DNA of 64,000 bases, from assembly GCA_002633005.1 (NCBI GenBank), contig NMRA01000165.1, positions 377,541 through 441,540 on the forward strand. The letters are read 5' to 3'. The position numbers and the translations under genes are program-made. Of this stretch, positions 12,366 to 25,550 are shown in pieces; position 1 is the first letter of the stretch; every line of letters begins with the position of its first letter. Source of the stretch: Phoronis australis. Taxonomy: Eukaryota > Animalia > Phoronida. Under the pieces are notes generated by a model that did no database searches, was not told where the DNA came from, and saw nothing but the letters and a program-made list of their open reading frames with translations.

Positions 12366-14448
12366 CAATGGGAGCAGGAATGGTCAGACATTGTCCAAAC
12401 TACAAGCCCTGAGATCCGAAGCTGTCACCCAGACCAACTACCTTTTGATTGTCTTGAAGAGATACACATCTTTGTTTTGGCCAACATCCTTCGTCGACCA
12501 ATTGTTGTGTTGTCTGAGCCTGTTATTCGTGGATTCGATGGTGACACGATGGCTCCCAACAACTTTTCTGGTATCTACCTTCCTTTGGAGTGGGAACCGC
12601 GGGACTGTTGCAGATATCCCATATGTCTGGGTTTTGACATGAACCATTTCTGTCCTCTGGTGAACATGAAGGACCCGGAAGGGAGTGAAGTCCTTGCCAT
12701 AGACAGTATGCAAGGAGTGCCTCTGGTGGATCACGAATACAAACCACTGCAAATTCATTTTCTGTCAGACGCAGAAGAAAAGAGTGCACTTTCTAATCAA
12801 CTCTTGTGCAAGTACATGAGAGTTGATGAGACCCCTCTGTCCCACGGGGGCTGCACTGACATGGTACTGTATGCAAAACTTCTCCCTAAACCTCTTGATC
12901 CTGATCTTGACTTTACTGAGGACTACATCCAAGATTGTTGGGATAAGATTAGAGAGCAGCCAATGAATGCTGCTAATGTGATGGCCTCTCATAATCAGAG
13001 TCGTAGCATCCCATCGGCTCCTGTGTTGGAAACCAATTTGACGGACATTGTTGGAAGTGTCAAGACTACTGTTGAACCTCTCGAGATGTCCAATCCGATC
13101 ATAAAAGACCAGTCAAGAGAAACAATTGCTACGAGTCCCCGAAGACCTGTGGTCAAAGAGTTGTCGATGACAGGTGAACAATGCAAAACAAAAAACTGCA
13201 AGTATTATTCATCTATTGACACTTATCCACTGTGTCATCGTTGTTTTGAGAGAAAAGGTGTCCAACCACTTATCGTTGAGCGACAGTTGTCGAATAGCTT
13301 CCCTTTTGTGAGTGAGAGGGAACACCACCACATTCACAGCTTGGAGCACTACAGGTCAAATAACGGAAAACAACGCTTGGCCAAGGCTCGCCGCTGCTGG
13401 TCTGATGAGGGGGAGCTGTGCTTGACCCCAGGCTGTAAACTCTATGGCTACCGAGAGTGGTCTGGCCACTGCTCGGAGCACAGGCCTCAAGTTCAACCAG
13501 GCAGCATTGATTTGAAGGGTCCTGAAAAACAGGCTGCTAGAATTGGCTCACATCCAGTGAAGAGTGTAGCTGAAGCGCCTGCCAAGCATGTTACCAGTGT
13601 GTCTGCTGCTGCTGGGCCCACTACAGGTGTGTCCTTACGTAATCGCCATGTGACCACAGAGACAAGACACTGTCAAGTCCGTAACTGCTCCAATCGTAGT
13701 TCACCGCAGTTAAATGGGTTTTGTAATAGTTGCTACATCAAACAGCCAGGTATTAATACTGTTCCTTGTTTAACTGAAGGGTGTGAGTTCAATGCTGGCA
13801 GTACTGGCTACTGTTCCTCTTGCACAAACCAACGGGAGAGGGAATTGTTTGTAATGCCCGCTGGCCAGAATGCAGGCAGTCTTGAGAGCACTTGCAAAGT
13901 TTCTGGGTGTAGTTTTGGTGGTACTCCCGAACAGAATGGTTATTGTTCCCAACACCATAAGGAGATTTACGGCAATGATGTGTCTGAGTTAACTTCAACC
14001 AATATTCTTGACCGTTTGCCTGCCTTGACAGTGAAGGAGAGCGGTAAAGCACGAATCTACAAGAAATGCATTGCTCCAAAGTGTACTCGCCTTGCAGGCA
14101 GTACACAGGAAAATAGAGGTTATTGTTACAGATGTTATGTGGATAAAGTGCGCAGCAAGGAAATCCCTTTGTTACGTAAGAAGCAAAAATGCTGTACTCA
14201 AGGTTGTTCAAACATATGTCTTGACAATTCCCTCGGTCTATGTAATGCCTGTGTTGAGTGCCTAGAACAAGGTAGAACACCTGGCCCACCAAGAGGCGAG
14301 GTAGAGTCTGAGCCCAATAGCTTGATTGAGTCTATGTCTGGCAGCCGCCAAAAGTGTTCAAATACGAATTGCTTCAATGATCAGGGCGGTAACATGTATG
14401 GCTTGTGTGACTCGCACTACAAACAGTGGCTGACAAAGTACAAGCAAG
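12366..14448 (+). CDS. TNFAIP3: A20-like coding exon 3 (OTU C-terminal half plus zinc fingers 1-8)
   Basis: Acceptor catAG at 12364-12365. Reads QWEQEW...LEEIHIFVLANILRRPIVV...GIYLPLEW...RYPICLGFDMNHFCPLV (catalytic His), then repeated C-x4-C-x9..13-C-x2-C/H fingers. Donor G|GTAAGG at 14449 (phase 1). Confidence 0.93.
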
Positions 14449-15059
14449 GTAAGGCATGGTCTAGTCCTTAGATTGTCTACATATTAACTTAGTGCAGTAT
14501 TTTTAGTTGACAAAATATCAGTGTGATTAATGGCGTTGAATGACCTGCCACCTATTGTTCTGTGGAAAAGCAATTTTGTTTATACTGTGTTCAACTTTCA
14601 TACTGATGTGTTGGGAAAATGCTTTAAAGTCTGAATGACTCATTTTGTTTGTGAGATTTAGTTTTAAAAAACACTCTGTTGGAAATAGTATGCAACTGGA
14701 AATAGGAAGCTTTCTTTGCCCATTATCATACTAAGCACTTCTCTTTTCACGTTTCATTCGCTGACTTAGATAGCACCTTGCCATGTATGTCTTCTGCTCT
14801 GATTTTCAACACTGTCATTTCAACAAAAAATTCTCAGTTGTAATTGACAGATCGCAATCTCCATTTCCTTGCGTAATGTCAACAAACAAACACTAAGTTT
14901 TACCCAGCAACGTGTTGTTTGTCGGGTAAAATGGTGGCTCAAAAATGAAGGTGTGTCATGAATGCTGCATTTTGATTGATCAGTTAAGCTGTCACTCATA
15001 ATTTTGCCAATAGGTCAATTAGTCTTAAACTGACGGACTTTGATGCAATTATCTTTCAG

Positions 15060-15409
15060 AGAGCAAAAAGAATCAACTTAGTGCACCTCCTGTGCTTGTA
15101 AGCCAATTATGTAAAAGAAGAGGGTGTGTCCACTTCGGTGACAGTGTCTATAAGGGTTACTGCTCGATGTGCTATGGAAACCACCCCATAGAGATCGCTA
15201 GCTATCCAGTGGCTTACCGCAGTGCTACAGCAGCCACAGCGATGCCACCAATGGACGATTTCCAAAAAAGAATGCTGTCTACTGAGAACAAAGCGAGACA
15301 GGCTACAGCAAAGTGTAAGAATTTGAGTTGCGATAATTATGCAAACTCACGTTGCCAAGGGTATTGTAACTCATGCTTTCCCATGTTTTCAAGGGTATCT
15401 GTCGGGTGA
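15060..15409 (+). CDS. TNFAIP3: A20-like last coding exon (zinc fingers 9-10)
   Basis: Acceptor ctttcAG at 15058-15059; phase 1 joins in frame with ORF 15092. Contains CKRRGCVHFGDSVYKGYCSMC and CKNLSCDNYANSRCQGYCNSC, ending at TGA 15407-15409. Total CDS 2922 nt. Confidence 0.88.
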
Positions 15410-18400
15410 GTTTGAGGCAATGCTGTTCCACTGCAAAGCTTGTTGCCTTTGAATTGGCTTAACTGGTGCCAAAAAGGGGTAAGATGAGGGAGATAGTGGT
15501 AAATGCCCCTAGCCTGTGCTGGTCCATTGCCCTTTTACATCAGACCCTGGGTAATGCAGAAGTATCAGGTTGATGTTTGCCCACTGCTGTTGCGGTATTT
15601 ACAGGAAGTTTGCATAACCTTCCTCAAATTTGAGAAGCTTTGGTGGAGTTATCTTAAAAGGACAGAGTTTTTGTATTAAACTCTAGGTGAAGCCGCATTA
15701 TCTGTAGCATAAGATTTTAAACACTCTGACCTGACCCAAACTCTGGTTACCTGAACAACACAGAGGCTCAGCACTCATGAGCCTGGTTATTCCTGAATTA
15801 CAACCGTATCTCACGTTTTTGATAAATTGAGCACATGGACCATAAGCTGGAGGCCATACTCACAAACAGGGCTCACTGACGGCTAAACTGTTGCCCCTCA
15901 CAAAACACAACTTATCCACCCCTACCGGAAAGCATTTCATCATCTCACAAACAGCCAAAGTGAGAGTTCATAGACTCCATGTTTGCGTAATGGTTGGAAG
16001 CATTGTTTTTTGAGTCTGTAAGTTGTGTTTTGGGAGTCAGGCATCATGTTTGGCTGTTGGCTTTCGTAAGTGAGGAACTCGAGCCAAGTCAAGTCAAGTC
16101 ATTTTATTTATAGTTGGTTTAAGTGAAACAAGAGAAAACATTAGCCACAGACTAGTATACTGACAAGTAAATAAGTAAGTTTTTAAATCAAAATATGAAA
16201 TTAAAACAAAATTTGTGCTATATACTAGGTTAACAAGATTGAGCAATTAGCACCATAGGACAGATTATGTTTGATTCAAGAAATCACAGGCTCTGCACTT
16301 ACAGGGAGGCTCAGTCCATGTGTTTGTACATAGCACAAATGTCTTTAAATGTTGGCTATGTTTAGAGTACCTTAGCCCTGTTGTTTGGGTAGCCTGAACT
16401 GTTTTGGTATTAAAAATACCCAATCTGCACATAAAGATTGTAAATTTCAAAGTGTTGAAATGTCTTGACATTTTTACTATTAAGGAAGTTTTAGACATGA
16501 ATATCATCTTGGTTTAAGATCCATTTTTTCCTATATCGTAATTCTGCCAGTAGGACCCCAGCTTTCGTTGTTGGACCCTTGGTAAGTAGAGCTTAAAATG
16601 AACACGCAAGTAACTGAAGGTCATCAGTCTTCTAACCAACTCCATGTCGTGATTTGGCGATTTGTAATGTAAAGTATGGCAGTGTGGTTGTTATTTGTTT
16701 ATATCTGATGATAATGCTTTTCCAATAATTATTTGTTTCATGTTTCTGTTAATACTTTAAGATTGATTTATAATTGGTATTGTTTGCACTTGCCTTTCTG
16801 TACAGCACAGATTGTAACTCCATATAATGCTAGGTGTATGGGGGGTTTATTGATTTTCTTATTATTATGAATGTATACTTCTGCACATCTAACAACAGAA
16901 ATCATCGCAGTCATATCAGTTTTGGAATACAGTAGTCTACTGCAATTTCCTTTTAGAGTTTGAAAACTAATTGCTAAGTCTGCTAAAGCCCAACAAACCT
17001 TCAACTCTCAAAAGTTACTAAGCTTTGAGAAAATTAATCGACGGCTGCGAGGCAAGACTACTGCCACCATCAAATGACATTATTTATGACGCTGAGGAAA
17101 TTGTGAGGTGAATAATGGTTTTGTCTCTCGTTGAAAATAATGCTTGTTCTCGTGGCTGGTTTGGAGAAGTTTTGAGTGATTTCCACCCGAAGCGTTTTGA
17201 GCATGTTTTTAAGTGAGAAGAAAAAACACGACTGTATTATAAGTGCAGCTTTCCTGTGCCATCCGATCAGAAGACAAAAAGAACGTCTGATCTGCCGTTC
17301 TTATGCAAGCTCATCAGGCGTTTAATATGACTTCGTATCGTCTGCGCAAACTTCAGTTAGAGGTAGATTTTCTAATTATCTTGAGACTCTGTTTAGCATG
17401 TTCTCATGCGAGAAGTTTGCTAGTCGATTCTAAGACCAGTATCGATATTTACCCTCGATTTAGTGTACTTGTAAATGAGTTTCCTCGTTGTTAATAATAT
17501 GTTATTTTTGTAGTTACCCGCTTTTTTGTTTTCAACGATGAATTTGTACATATACATCTCGATTAATGTTATACTTGAGCCACTATTTAACCCTGGCGGA
17601 GGATGCCTCATTGGTTGAGTTGATTGAGAAGTGTCACCATCTTGGATGGGTATATTTTGGCTTCGTGGACATTTGTATATTTTGGCGTATATTTAGTGTC
17701 ATTTCGGATGGGTTAACATATAGCGTGGAGGATCAGGCCTAAAGGGTGAAATTGATAAACTAAGCTTTGATGAAAATTAAGATCTAAACATCATATTTAA
17801 ATGAGTTACTAACTTAGATCTTAAATAAAAACATAAGGTAGTCACAACGGATATATATCTCAAGCAAAGAATTTCTGAGGTCGTTAAACTGTGTAGATGT
17901 TTTTGGTACAATATCTCTACAAAATGAAAGAAAATTAGTCAATTGTAAAATCCCATATGAACGAATTGAATTCCCCTCGTATGTAGTAAAGTAAGCCAAA
18001 TATTACGTTTGGTCAGTTGTTAACTGTATGGAACATTTTTACTCCATCGACAGTGCAATATGGGTAATATATCCGTAAGACATGTTCAAGTGTTCCAGTG
18101 AATTTGAAAAAGATTAGAATTAGAAATAAATAACCCCTTCAAGGATATTCTATTAAAGTTTATGAATACTTTCTCCGTGATTTGGTGAATTCCTGTAAGT
18201 AAACGTTTATTCCTTTAATTCATTCAATTATAATTACGATGTTGTGTTTGACCAAATTTGCAACAGAAAACTGAGAAAGATTGGTGATAACAAAAGTTTT
18301 TAAATTTTGCATTATACACATGAAACTACGTCATGCCAGTTCACGTGACTGATGCGTAATAATAGGTCACGGGTTATTTGCGAATTCATGCTTTTATAAA

Positions 18401-20039
18401 CGCGTCATCAAAATACTTGATTGTTTACGTTTTCTAAGTTCACGAATAGAATTGGCCACAAACCCACCTTCCGTTATTAAGAAACAACTTTTGACTTCGC
18501 TTATCGTTAAGAACTTGGTTTAAAATGTTCCGAAAGCAAAATAATTGTGGTTTATGAGCTTGGAATGAAGTGGCGGTTTGCCGGACTAGGCTCTACAAAC
18601 GTGTCTTGTCAGGGCGTTAGTGTCATTTTAGGCGTCGAACATAGATGAAGTCGAGCAATAATGAACTGCAAGACAAAAATTTCAACTCTTCGCATGTGAG
18701 CAAGGAACTTGTTAAGACACATTTTAGGGCTTTAAGTGGTCTAAATCAAAAGTTAAACTTAGTCAACTTAAAAGTTTTCCTCGACGAAAATGGGTTTGTT
18801 GTCGCTAACCAAATTTTGGATATTGGTATTTTGAGGGACACAATTGTGTTTCGTGACGAGTAAAATGAAATAGAAAACGTAATGACTTGGTATTCAACAG
18901 TAAAATAATAAAATGGGTGAAGGACATAAGGTCGCTGAAATGTTCATTCATTAACGGGAAGGTATGGGTGATATATACTTTTTTGTTCTTTTATTTGGGT
19001 AAGTGTGGAGGAACACTCGGAAAGTCCGGATTTTTTCCGAAAATTTTCTGCTATTTTTTCTCGTGTGCAAATTGTAAATAAAACGTGATGAATGTCTGAG
19101 ACCTTTTATTTTATTTATCAAAAACAATGCTTATCGAACATTTCGCCATGTACATTATATCTTTATTTTTCACAGCCAAGTTGTAAATGCTTTGACGAGT
19201 TATAGTATTTTAAACGTCATAAAAAGTAGAATTTAATATCTTAAGAGGTGAGCCATTTTAGCCCTAGTGTCATGTGCGCTTTATATAAAGAAAACTTTCT
19301 TTTTGAGAAAGATTAAGTACAGTGAAGTAAGAATATCGCCAGTTTTAAAATTATTGCGGTAAACTTAAATTCGTAGTACGCTTTCGAATTAAATGCTTTG
19401 ACTGTAAGAAACGAAGAAAATTTCATTGTTTAAATGAGTGTAATTTTGTGATCTACGACATAAAAGCTCGTTGAAAAGAATTAACATACATAGGATCTGT
19501 GTTTTGGAATTAATTCGTGTGAGAGTTTTGAATCCGTTTGCCATAAGCGTGTTTTATGTTCTTTAAAAATATGTTTCGTGTAAACACAATTAGTCATCAA
19601 ACTAATAGTGTAATTTTTGTTCATTTTCTAATATTAATAAAGTTTCTAAAGCGTTTGTGTGTTTTTGACTTTTGACTTTGACGCACCCCCTGAGCAGTCT
19701 TTGTAAAGTATATTTTTAAATAGAAAGTTCGACATCAAATAATGCCTGTGGTGTGTGCAGTTGTTTGTTCTAATCACCGCTTGACATTTTGGGCAGAAGG
19801 CAACGTATTCGGTGCTATTTTTGATAAAAATACAGATCACCTGTTATAGTCGACATCAACGATATTTGCTGACAACAAAATCAGTGAGACGTAACGGTAT
19901 AACCAGTAAAATGGTCAAAATGGTGGCTTCGTCGTTAAGTCCTATTTTACTTAAAGTCTTAATAAAATATCTTATCAAGGGGTCATTTTCCCTCTATTTG
20001 GAAAGGAGGTGATATGATTCTAATCCACAAAAAAGACCA

Positions 20040-20760
20040 AAGAAAATCATTAGTAACTAAAGATCCATCGAGACATTGAACTTTATACCGAAAATCAAAG
20101 AAAGGTTTGTCTTTAACAACACCCACAAACAAGCACCTGTGTAGGGCACAACAATCTGTTATACACGCTACTTTCTCATGGTTTCATCCCCCGAAAAGCA
20201 CAACGTCATGGCTCATAAAATTATTCCGCATTTCCGTTCAGGCTATCTTCCTGGGCATGGCCGCTACGTCTGGCGCGTTGGCCTCGCATTATTTTCATCA
20301 CTTAACTCTGGTATTATGGTATCAATGGAAACGACAATTTCAGCTATCCACTGAATTGTCCATGTTGACAGTATACTCTCTCAGCACTTCCCACCCGCAT
20401 TCATCAACTCTGGAGCACCTCAAGGCGGGGTATCCCAGTCCCACTTCCCTTTCTTGTGTGCACAAAATGACCTTTCAGATATCACGAGTCCCGAAACATT
20501 CTTTTATGCAGATGACACATCTCTCTTCATCTCTTTCATTTAAGTATGGACTTACAAAGTAAACCTGACAAAAACTTCAGAACAGTGCAACAGAAAGGAA
20601 ATTTGATTCCAAGCAAAAAATTCCTCGCACACTGTTCTGGTACCAAGGGATAAAACTGATCATATCTGGCAACGGCTCACCGGTAGAAACTCAATATAAG
20701 CACCTTGGTAATCCTCAGTGTTATGAAAAATTCACAACGGTGCCCAGTTGCCATCTACAA
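20040..20760 (+). mobile_element. Degenerate non-LTR retrotransposon (CR1/L2-like) reverse transcriptase fragment
   Basis: Frameshifted RT motifs in the expected order: GF.P.KSTT, AIFL, PQGG, NDL, YADDT (20505-20519), YKHLG. Confidence 0.7.
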
Positions 20761-21243
20761 CAATCTAGTACAACTCCTTCCTTCTGTCCCATTTTGACCA
20801 CCATGATATTATTTATGATCGACGAGTCCCGAATACCCGGTAATAGATAAATGATACGTGCTTCGCAAGCTCGATCGTTACCAGAGATGAAAAGGAGGCA
20901 GAGGTAGGCGATATAAGGCCATTTATTATGACCAATACAATTACAAATAAATATAATGAATACGGATAAGTAACATAAAAATGATAATCTCTGATAAGAT
21001 GGGCAATAAAAAACGCCACAAGAGATGTTGTAAGACGGCTCATGCCCATAGTGCTGGCGTGGGTCCTCGTTTCATTTAGAACGTTTTCAGTACCCGGCTG
21101 CAGTATTGGTGTCAAGGACGACGATGGGAACAAACAAGGCATCATTTTTCATAATTCTCCAGGCATAATCTAAACAACACGTCATAGAACTCTAGCCCAG
21201 AGGTGTATGGTGTAATCGAATTGTACATAGAGCAACGAGACCT

Positions 21244-21863
21244 GGGCCCGGAATCTAATCTTTGTACTCAAAACGAAATCAAAATTATTTTTGGCGATTT
21301 CTCTGATACTTTTGTGTGAACTCCAGATAATTACTGGTTCAGTATTGGACTGTGCTCGAATACATAATAGATTACGCATATTAGCGTTTAGTCCAAGTTT
21401 GCACTTGATGACCCTTGTATTCTACAAACTCGAGTAAAAACTCGAAATTTCGTGTTCTAACTCGAACTTTTAGCCTTATGTCGGATTTATCAGCTGCAAA
21501 CAAGGACTAAAAATTATCCACGTCGCATATCACATCTGACGCAGCCAAGTCAAGTTATTTTTTGAAATTCATCCTGGTACGGAAATTGGGGATAGTTAGG
21601 CCTATAAAAGATCTTTAACCCAGCCGCAGAGCGTCTAAAGCCGCGCACCGTACCAGTGACTGCTGGCAACTCATCGGGACTCAACTTTAACATTCTTCGC
21701 CGCAGAGATAACAACTCTTGGGCTGTCTCCGGTGAGTCCATTCTTTGTTGAATGATGTTTAGATAAATTATGCACTTATCTTGAGTTCGCACAAAAGTAG
21801 AGTAAAAAATGCCAAACATAATTTCGAGTTCCATTTCGAGTAAAAAGATTAGAACTAAGGGCT
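21244..21863. mobile_element. MITE with long TIRs (PIF/Harbinger-like GGGC ends)
   Basis: About 100-bp imperfect inverted repeats (gccc..tctaatcttt.tactc.aaa...acttttgtg.gaactc.agataa on both ends). Confidence 0.6.
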
Positions 21864-22340
21864 GAGTTGCATAAATCTTCAAAAATTATCCACTGGATAA
21901 GTGTGATTGTTGCATGCCGTCAGGTGCATTGTTCAGCAATAACATCGTGACGCGTGATAATGCGACGTCATTTTTCCTATGTGGCGTACAACGTTTATGC
22001 AAACCGGGCCTGCTGTCTACTTCATGAAAAGTGACATCGCGTGCTCTGTATGCAAGAAAATGGCAAACAAACGACTTGGTATTGGAGAGTGAAAATTTAG
22101 TGAGCATGGTACTGCCGGGCTAGGTTGCATAAAACTTCTGGATAAGTTTGATTGCTTAATGCAGGTGCATTGTTCAATCAATGAACTATATACATACTAG
22201 CAGGAAGAGATAACCAGTCCTGGTTATCTCTTCCTGATACTGGTTATATTTATCTCATTGTGTTCAACAATACATCGTGACGCGTGATAATGTGACGTCA
22301 TTGATGCTATACGGCGTATAACTTTTATGCAACAGGGCCC
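21860..22340. mobile_element. Two adjacent copies of a short Harbinger-like MITE (about 21860-22010 and 22117-22340)
   Basis: Both start GGGCT..GTTGCATAAA, end TTTATGCAA..GGGCC and share the core CATCGTGACGCGTGATAATG.GACGTCA. Confidence 0.6.
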
Positions 22341-23715
22341 TGGAAACTAAAAACACCAAGGAAGTGAAAAGACAATTAATCTGTCCAAGTTAACGAACGA
22401 TGCGTTTAATTTGATTTAAAGACTATTCCTTTTTGATCTCCTGTTTGTGAATTTAAACCACCGACTAGTTTTCTTCTAGCCAACAAATAGTCCGAAGTCG
22501 GCCAAATTCAGAAATATTTTTTCCAGGATCAACCAACTGGTTTATCTTCTTTTCTAATATATATTGTGCGTCGTTTTGTTTACAGAAACCGACTGGAAAT
22601 TGAAATATAGATCCAACATTTTGGAAGGTGTGGGTCTACTGGACTCGATCCTTCGTAGGGAAATGCAGGACAAACATTTTAATGTAGACAGCCTTAATTT
22701 GAAAGTAGAATTGACATTTTTTGAAACATTTTCGACTGCGAAAACAGTGAATGAGACTTTATCTCGTGTTTGGAAGACCACTTTTACGCCCTCGCTTTCG
22801 GCCTTGTCCTAGCCCCCGCTTACTATGACTTTTTAAAGTTAAATGACAGGGTTTGTGGCAAGTGACAGTCCAGTGAATAATGAGACATTCATGATGTGCA
22901 AACATCACCGACTTTGTTACTACTGTTCTATCCTCCCTGAAAGGCTGTGAACATATCCAGAGGCTACCTGAACTAAATTTCCGGTTTACTAAATGAGTAT
23001 CTTGGTTATTCAGTTTAATAAAGCCCTTTCGGTCCGTTTGAAAAAGACTGTGAAGAGCCGTTCTGAGGAAGTGGGGACCATTGGGAGCGCGTTCACCCCA
23101 ATAATTTGTAGACGTCAGGGTTAAACCGTGGCAAACAGCATAGGCGTGGGGCCTGAGTCAGTCGAGAAAAGAAAGACAGCAAAATCTGGAGGAGAAGAGA
23201 TAAAATTCAAGAGAATTCGTCATCTGCCACTACGTGATTTACCCTTTGAGTGCCCTGGCCAGGACGTTGTTGTTTGTCAACCCCGTTTTTGCAACATTGT
23301 TCGTCTAACCGCACTTTATAAATGTAGTTTGAAAAATCGATAAAATTTGTAAAGCACGCCTTACAGGGCATATTAATTCAGTGGATTTTTAACTTCAAGA
23401 AGACATTTTAGGTAATGCAATATTATATATGTCCATACTCTCTGTCCTCTTTTTTCTTTCTCTGTCACTTGATAAAAATTGAGAATCTAACAGATAGTAT
23501 TAGTTGTCACTTAATTTCCTATTTTTTGAAATTATAGATCCTGTCATATTTAGGGGCACATATGCGTCCAACTCTCAGAAAGGGCCCGTTGGTGACATTC
23601 ATGCGGCAACCCTTTTTGTGTATTCTTAAGGTGACATTTTATGTTAAAAGTACACTAAACCTTGTTTTAGTGATTTCAACCAATCCTCGTTCTGTCAACT
23701 GATAGTGCACCATTG

Positions 23716-23717
<2 letters not shown>

Positions 23718-23753
<36 letters not shown>

Positions 23754-23982
23754 NNNNNNNNNNNNNNNNNNNNNNNNNNNNNNNNNNNNNNNNNNNNNNN
23801 NNNNNNNNNNNNNNNNNNNNNNNNNNNNNNNNNNNNNNNNNNNNNNNNNNNNNNNNNNNNNNNNNNNNNNNNNNNNNNNNNNNNNNNNNNNNNNNNNNNN
23901 NNNNNNNNNNNNNNNNNNNNNNNNNNNNNNNNNNNNNNNNNNNNNNNNNNNNNNNNNNNNNNNNNNNNNNNNNNNNTCTCTC
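23718..23982. repeat. (CT)n microsatellite flanking an assembly gap (N at 23754-23975)
   Basis: Seen directly. Confidence 0.95.
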
Positions 23983-25306
23983 TGTCGCGACCTAAAACGT
24001 TTGTTTACTGTTGCAATAATATGTTCCTCATTAATTGGGCCAATTCCCAAAATACCGTACAATATTTGGATTTTGACCTCTAAGCCAAGTGTCATCGTAC
24101 AATTCTTGGCATGTCAAGCTTAACAAAATTTAACACTGTTCCTTATTAAGAAAATATTCTATTTCCGTTACCAACTAGAAAATTTGTACATATACCCATT
24201 TCCTGTGACTAAGTCGGTAATGGAATGGAATCATATTGAGAGCGATATTTTGAGAGTCAAGTTCCTAATTCAGTTTTGGTTTTTGGCCATGCAGCTAAAC
24301 AGGGCGAAATGCAAATTAAATCTCACAATCATATTTTTGTTTATAACTGTTGAAACATATCACAACAAAGAAATTAAGTGCTTTTCAAAGGTTTAAAACT
24401 GAATTCGAACCTAGCTGTGTTAATTCTTGTGATATTGTGCATCGGCAGAGAGCGCCCCTAGTGTCGCATATTTCCATTTGTTCCCATTTATCATTCCGCA
24501 CTTCACCGGCATCTTATAATATTTCATTGCGTGAAGCTTGGGTGTCCAAGTCTTTCATTTATTTCACAATTGACAACACGTTCTCATACGTTGGGATTCA
24601 ATCTTTTCTATAACACCGTTGTCACAGTATGAACAATACAAATGTAGGAGAAGGTGAGCAGCGCAATTTCAAACTTGGTTGACTGTGGTTTGAATCTTCA
24701 ACACTGTTTCTTCTGGTTTTGACTGTGTGCTTCACATTCCCCTTGGTGCCTATAAACTGTAACATAACTTGTGGCATTTCGTTGATTGATTTTCAATGAA
24801 CCAAGACAAGCTTGCAACTCTATATGTATTTCACATCACACCTGGATTAAAAAAGCCATACATGTCAGAATCTTTAGTTATACCAAACTAATCCCAACCT
24901 ATCTCAACTTATCCTGCCATCACCGATGCCCTCTGTTGTCCTTCAACATAGCTTAGCTGAAATTAGTTGCACCAACTAATCCCAAGTTATGATCGCAGAA
25001 TTTCCGGCGAACTGGCGACTTGACAACAACTCTCCAATCAAGAAGCTTAGTGAATTAACTAAGTGTTATTGTCCTTTGGATGGAGACGATTTCAAAACGT
25101 GACGAAGCCGCTAACCGGGTAAGTAAAACGAAACAACGAAGTGTCCCCGTCGTAAGCATTAATTCAGAATACTTACGAAATTACGCATAGGGGCGCACTT
25201 TCGAAGGGTAGTTTATTGCCGCTGACATCACATAATATCAAAAACGTAGTACAATGAACAATATAATTATTTGCTTTGCCATTTGGCGCATGATAGTTGT
25301 ATGTTA

Positions 25307-25339
25307 GTATGTATGTATGTATGTATGTATGTAAGTAAG

Positions 25340-25370
<31 letters not shown>

Positions 25371-25423
25371 GTATGTATGTATGTATGTATGTATGTGTGT
25401 ATGTATGTATGTAAGTATGTAAG

Positions 25424-25454
<31 letters not shown>

Positions 25455-25550
25455 GTATGTATGTATGTATGTATGTAAGTATGTATGTATGTATCTATGT
25501 ATCTATGTATCTATGTATCTATCTGTGTATATATGTATGTATGTATGAAT
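25307..25550. repeat. (TATG)n tetranucleotide microsatellite with TAAG/TATC variants
   Basis: Seen directly. Confidence 0.95.

Noticed and set aside
13789-14292. 167-aa antisense ORF
   Set aside because: Shadow frame of the A20 coding exon with no recognisable motifs.
12477-14471. Stand-alone 664-aa ORF
   Set aside because: It starts at a TTG inside the OTU domain; it is an internal exon whose true bounds are 12366-14448.
15410-16950. Roquin CDE or ARE decay elements in the A20 3' UTR
   Set aside because: Only scattered ATTTA at background level; no clear CDE stem-loop or unambiguous poly(A) signal was seen.
23676-24123. ORFs spanning the N run
   Set aside because: Artefacts of the (CT)n repeat plus the assembly gap.
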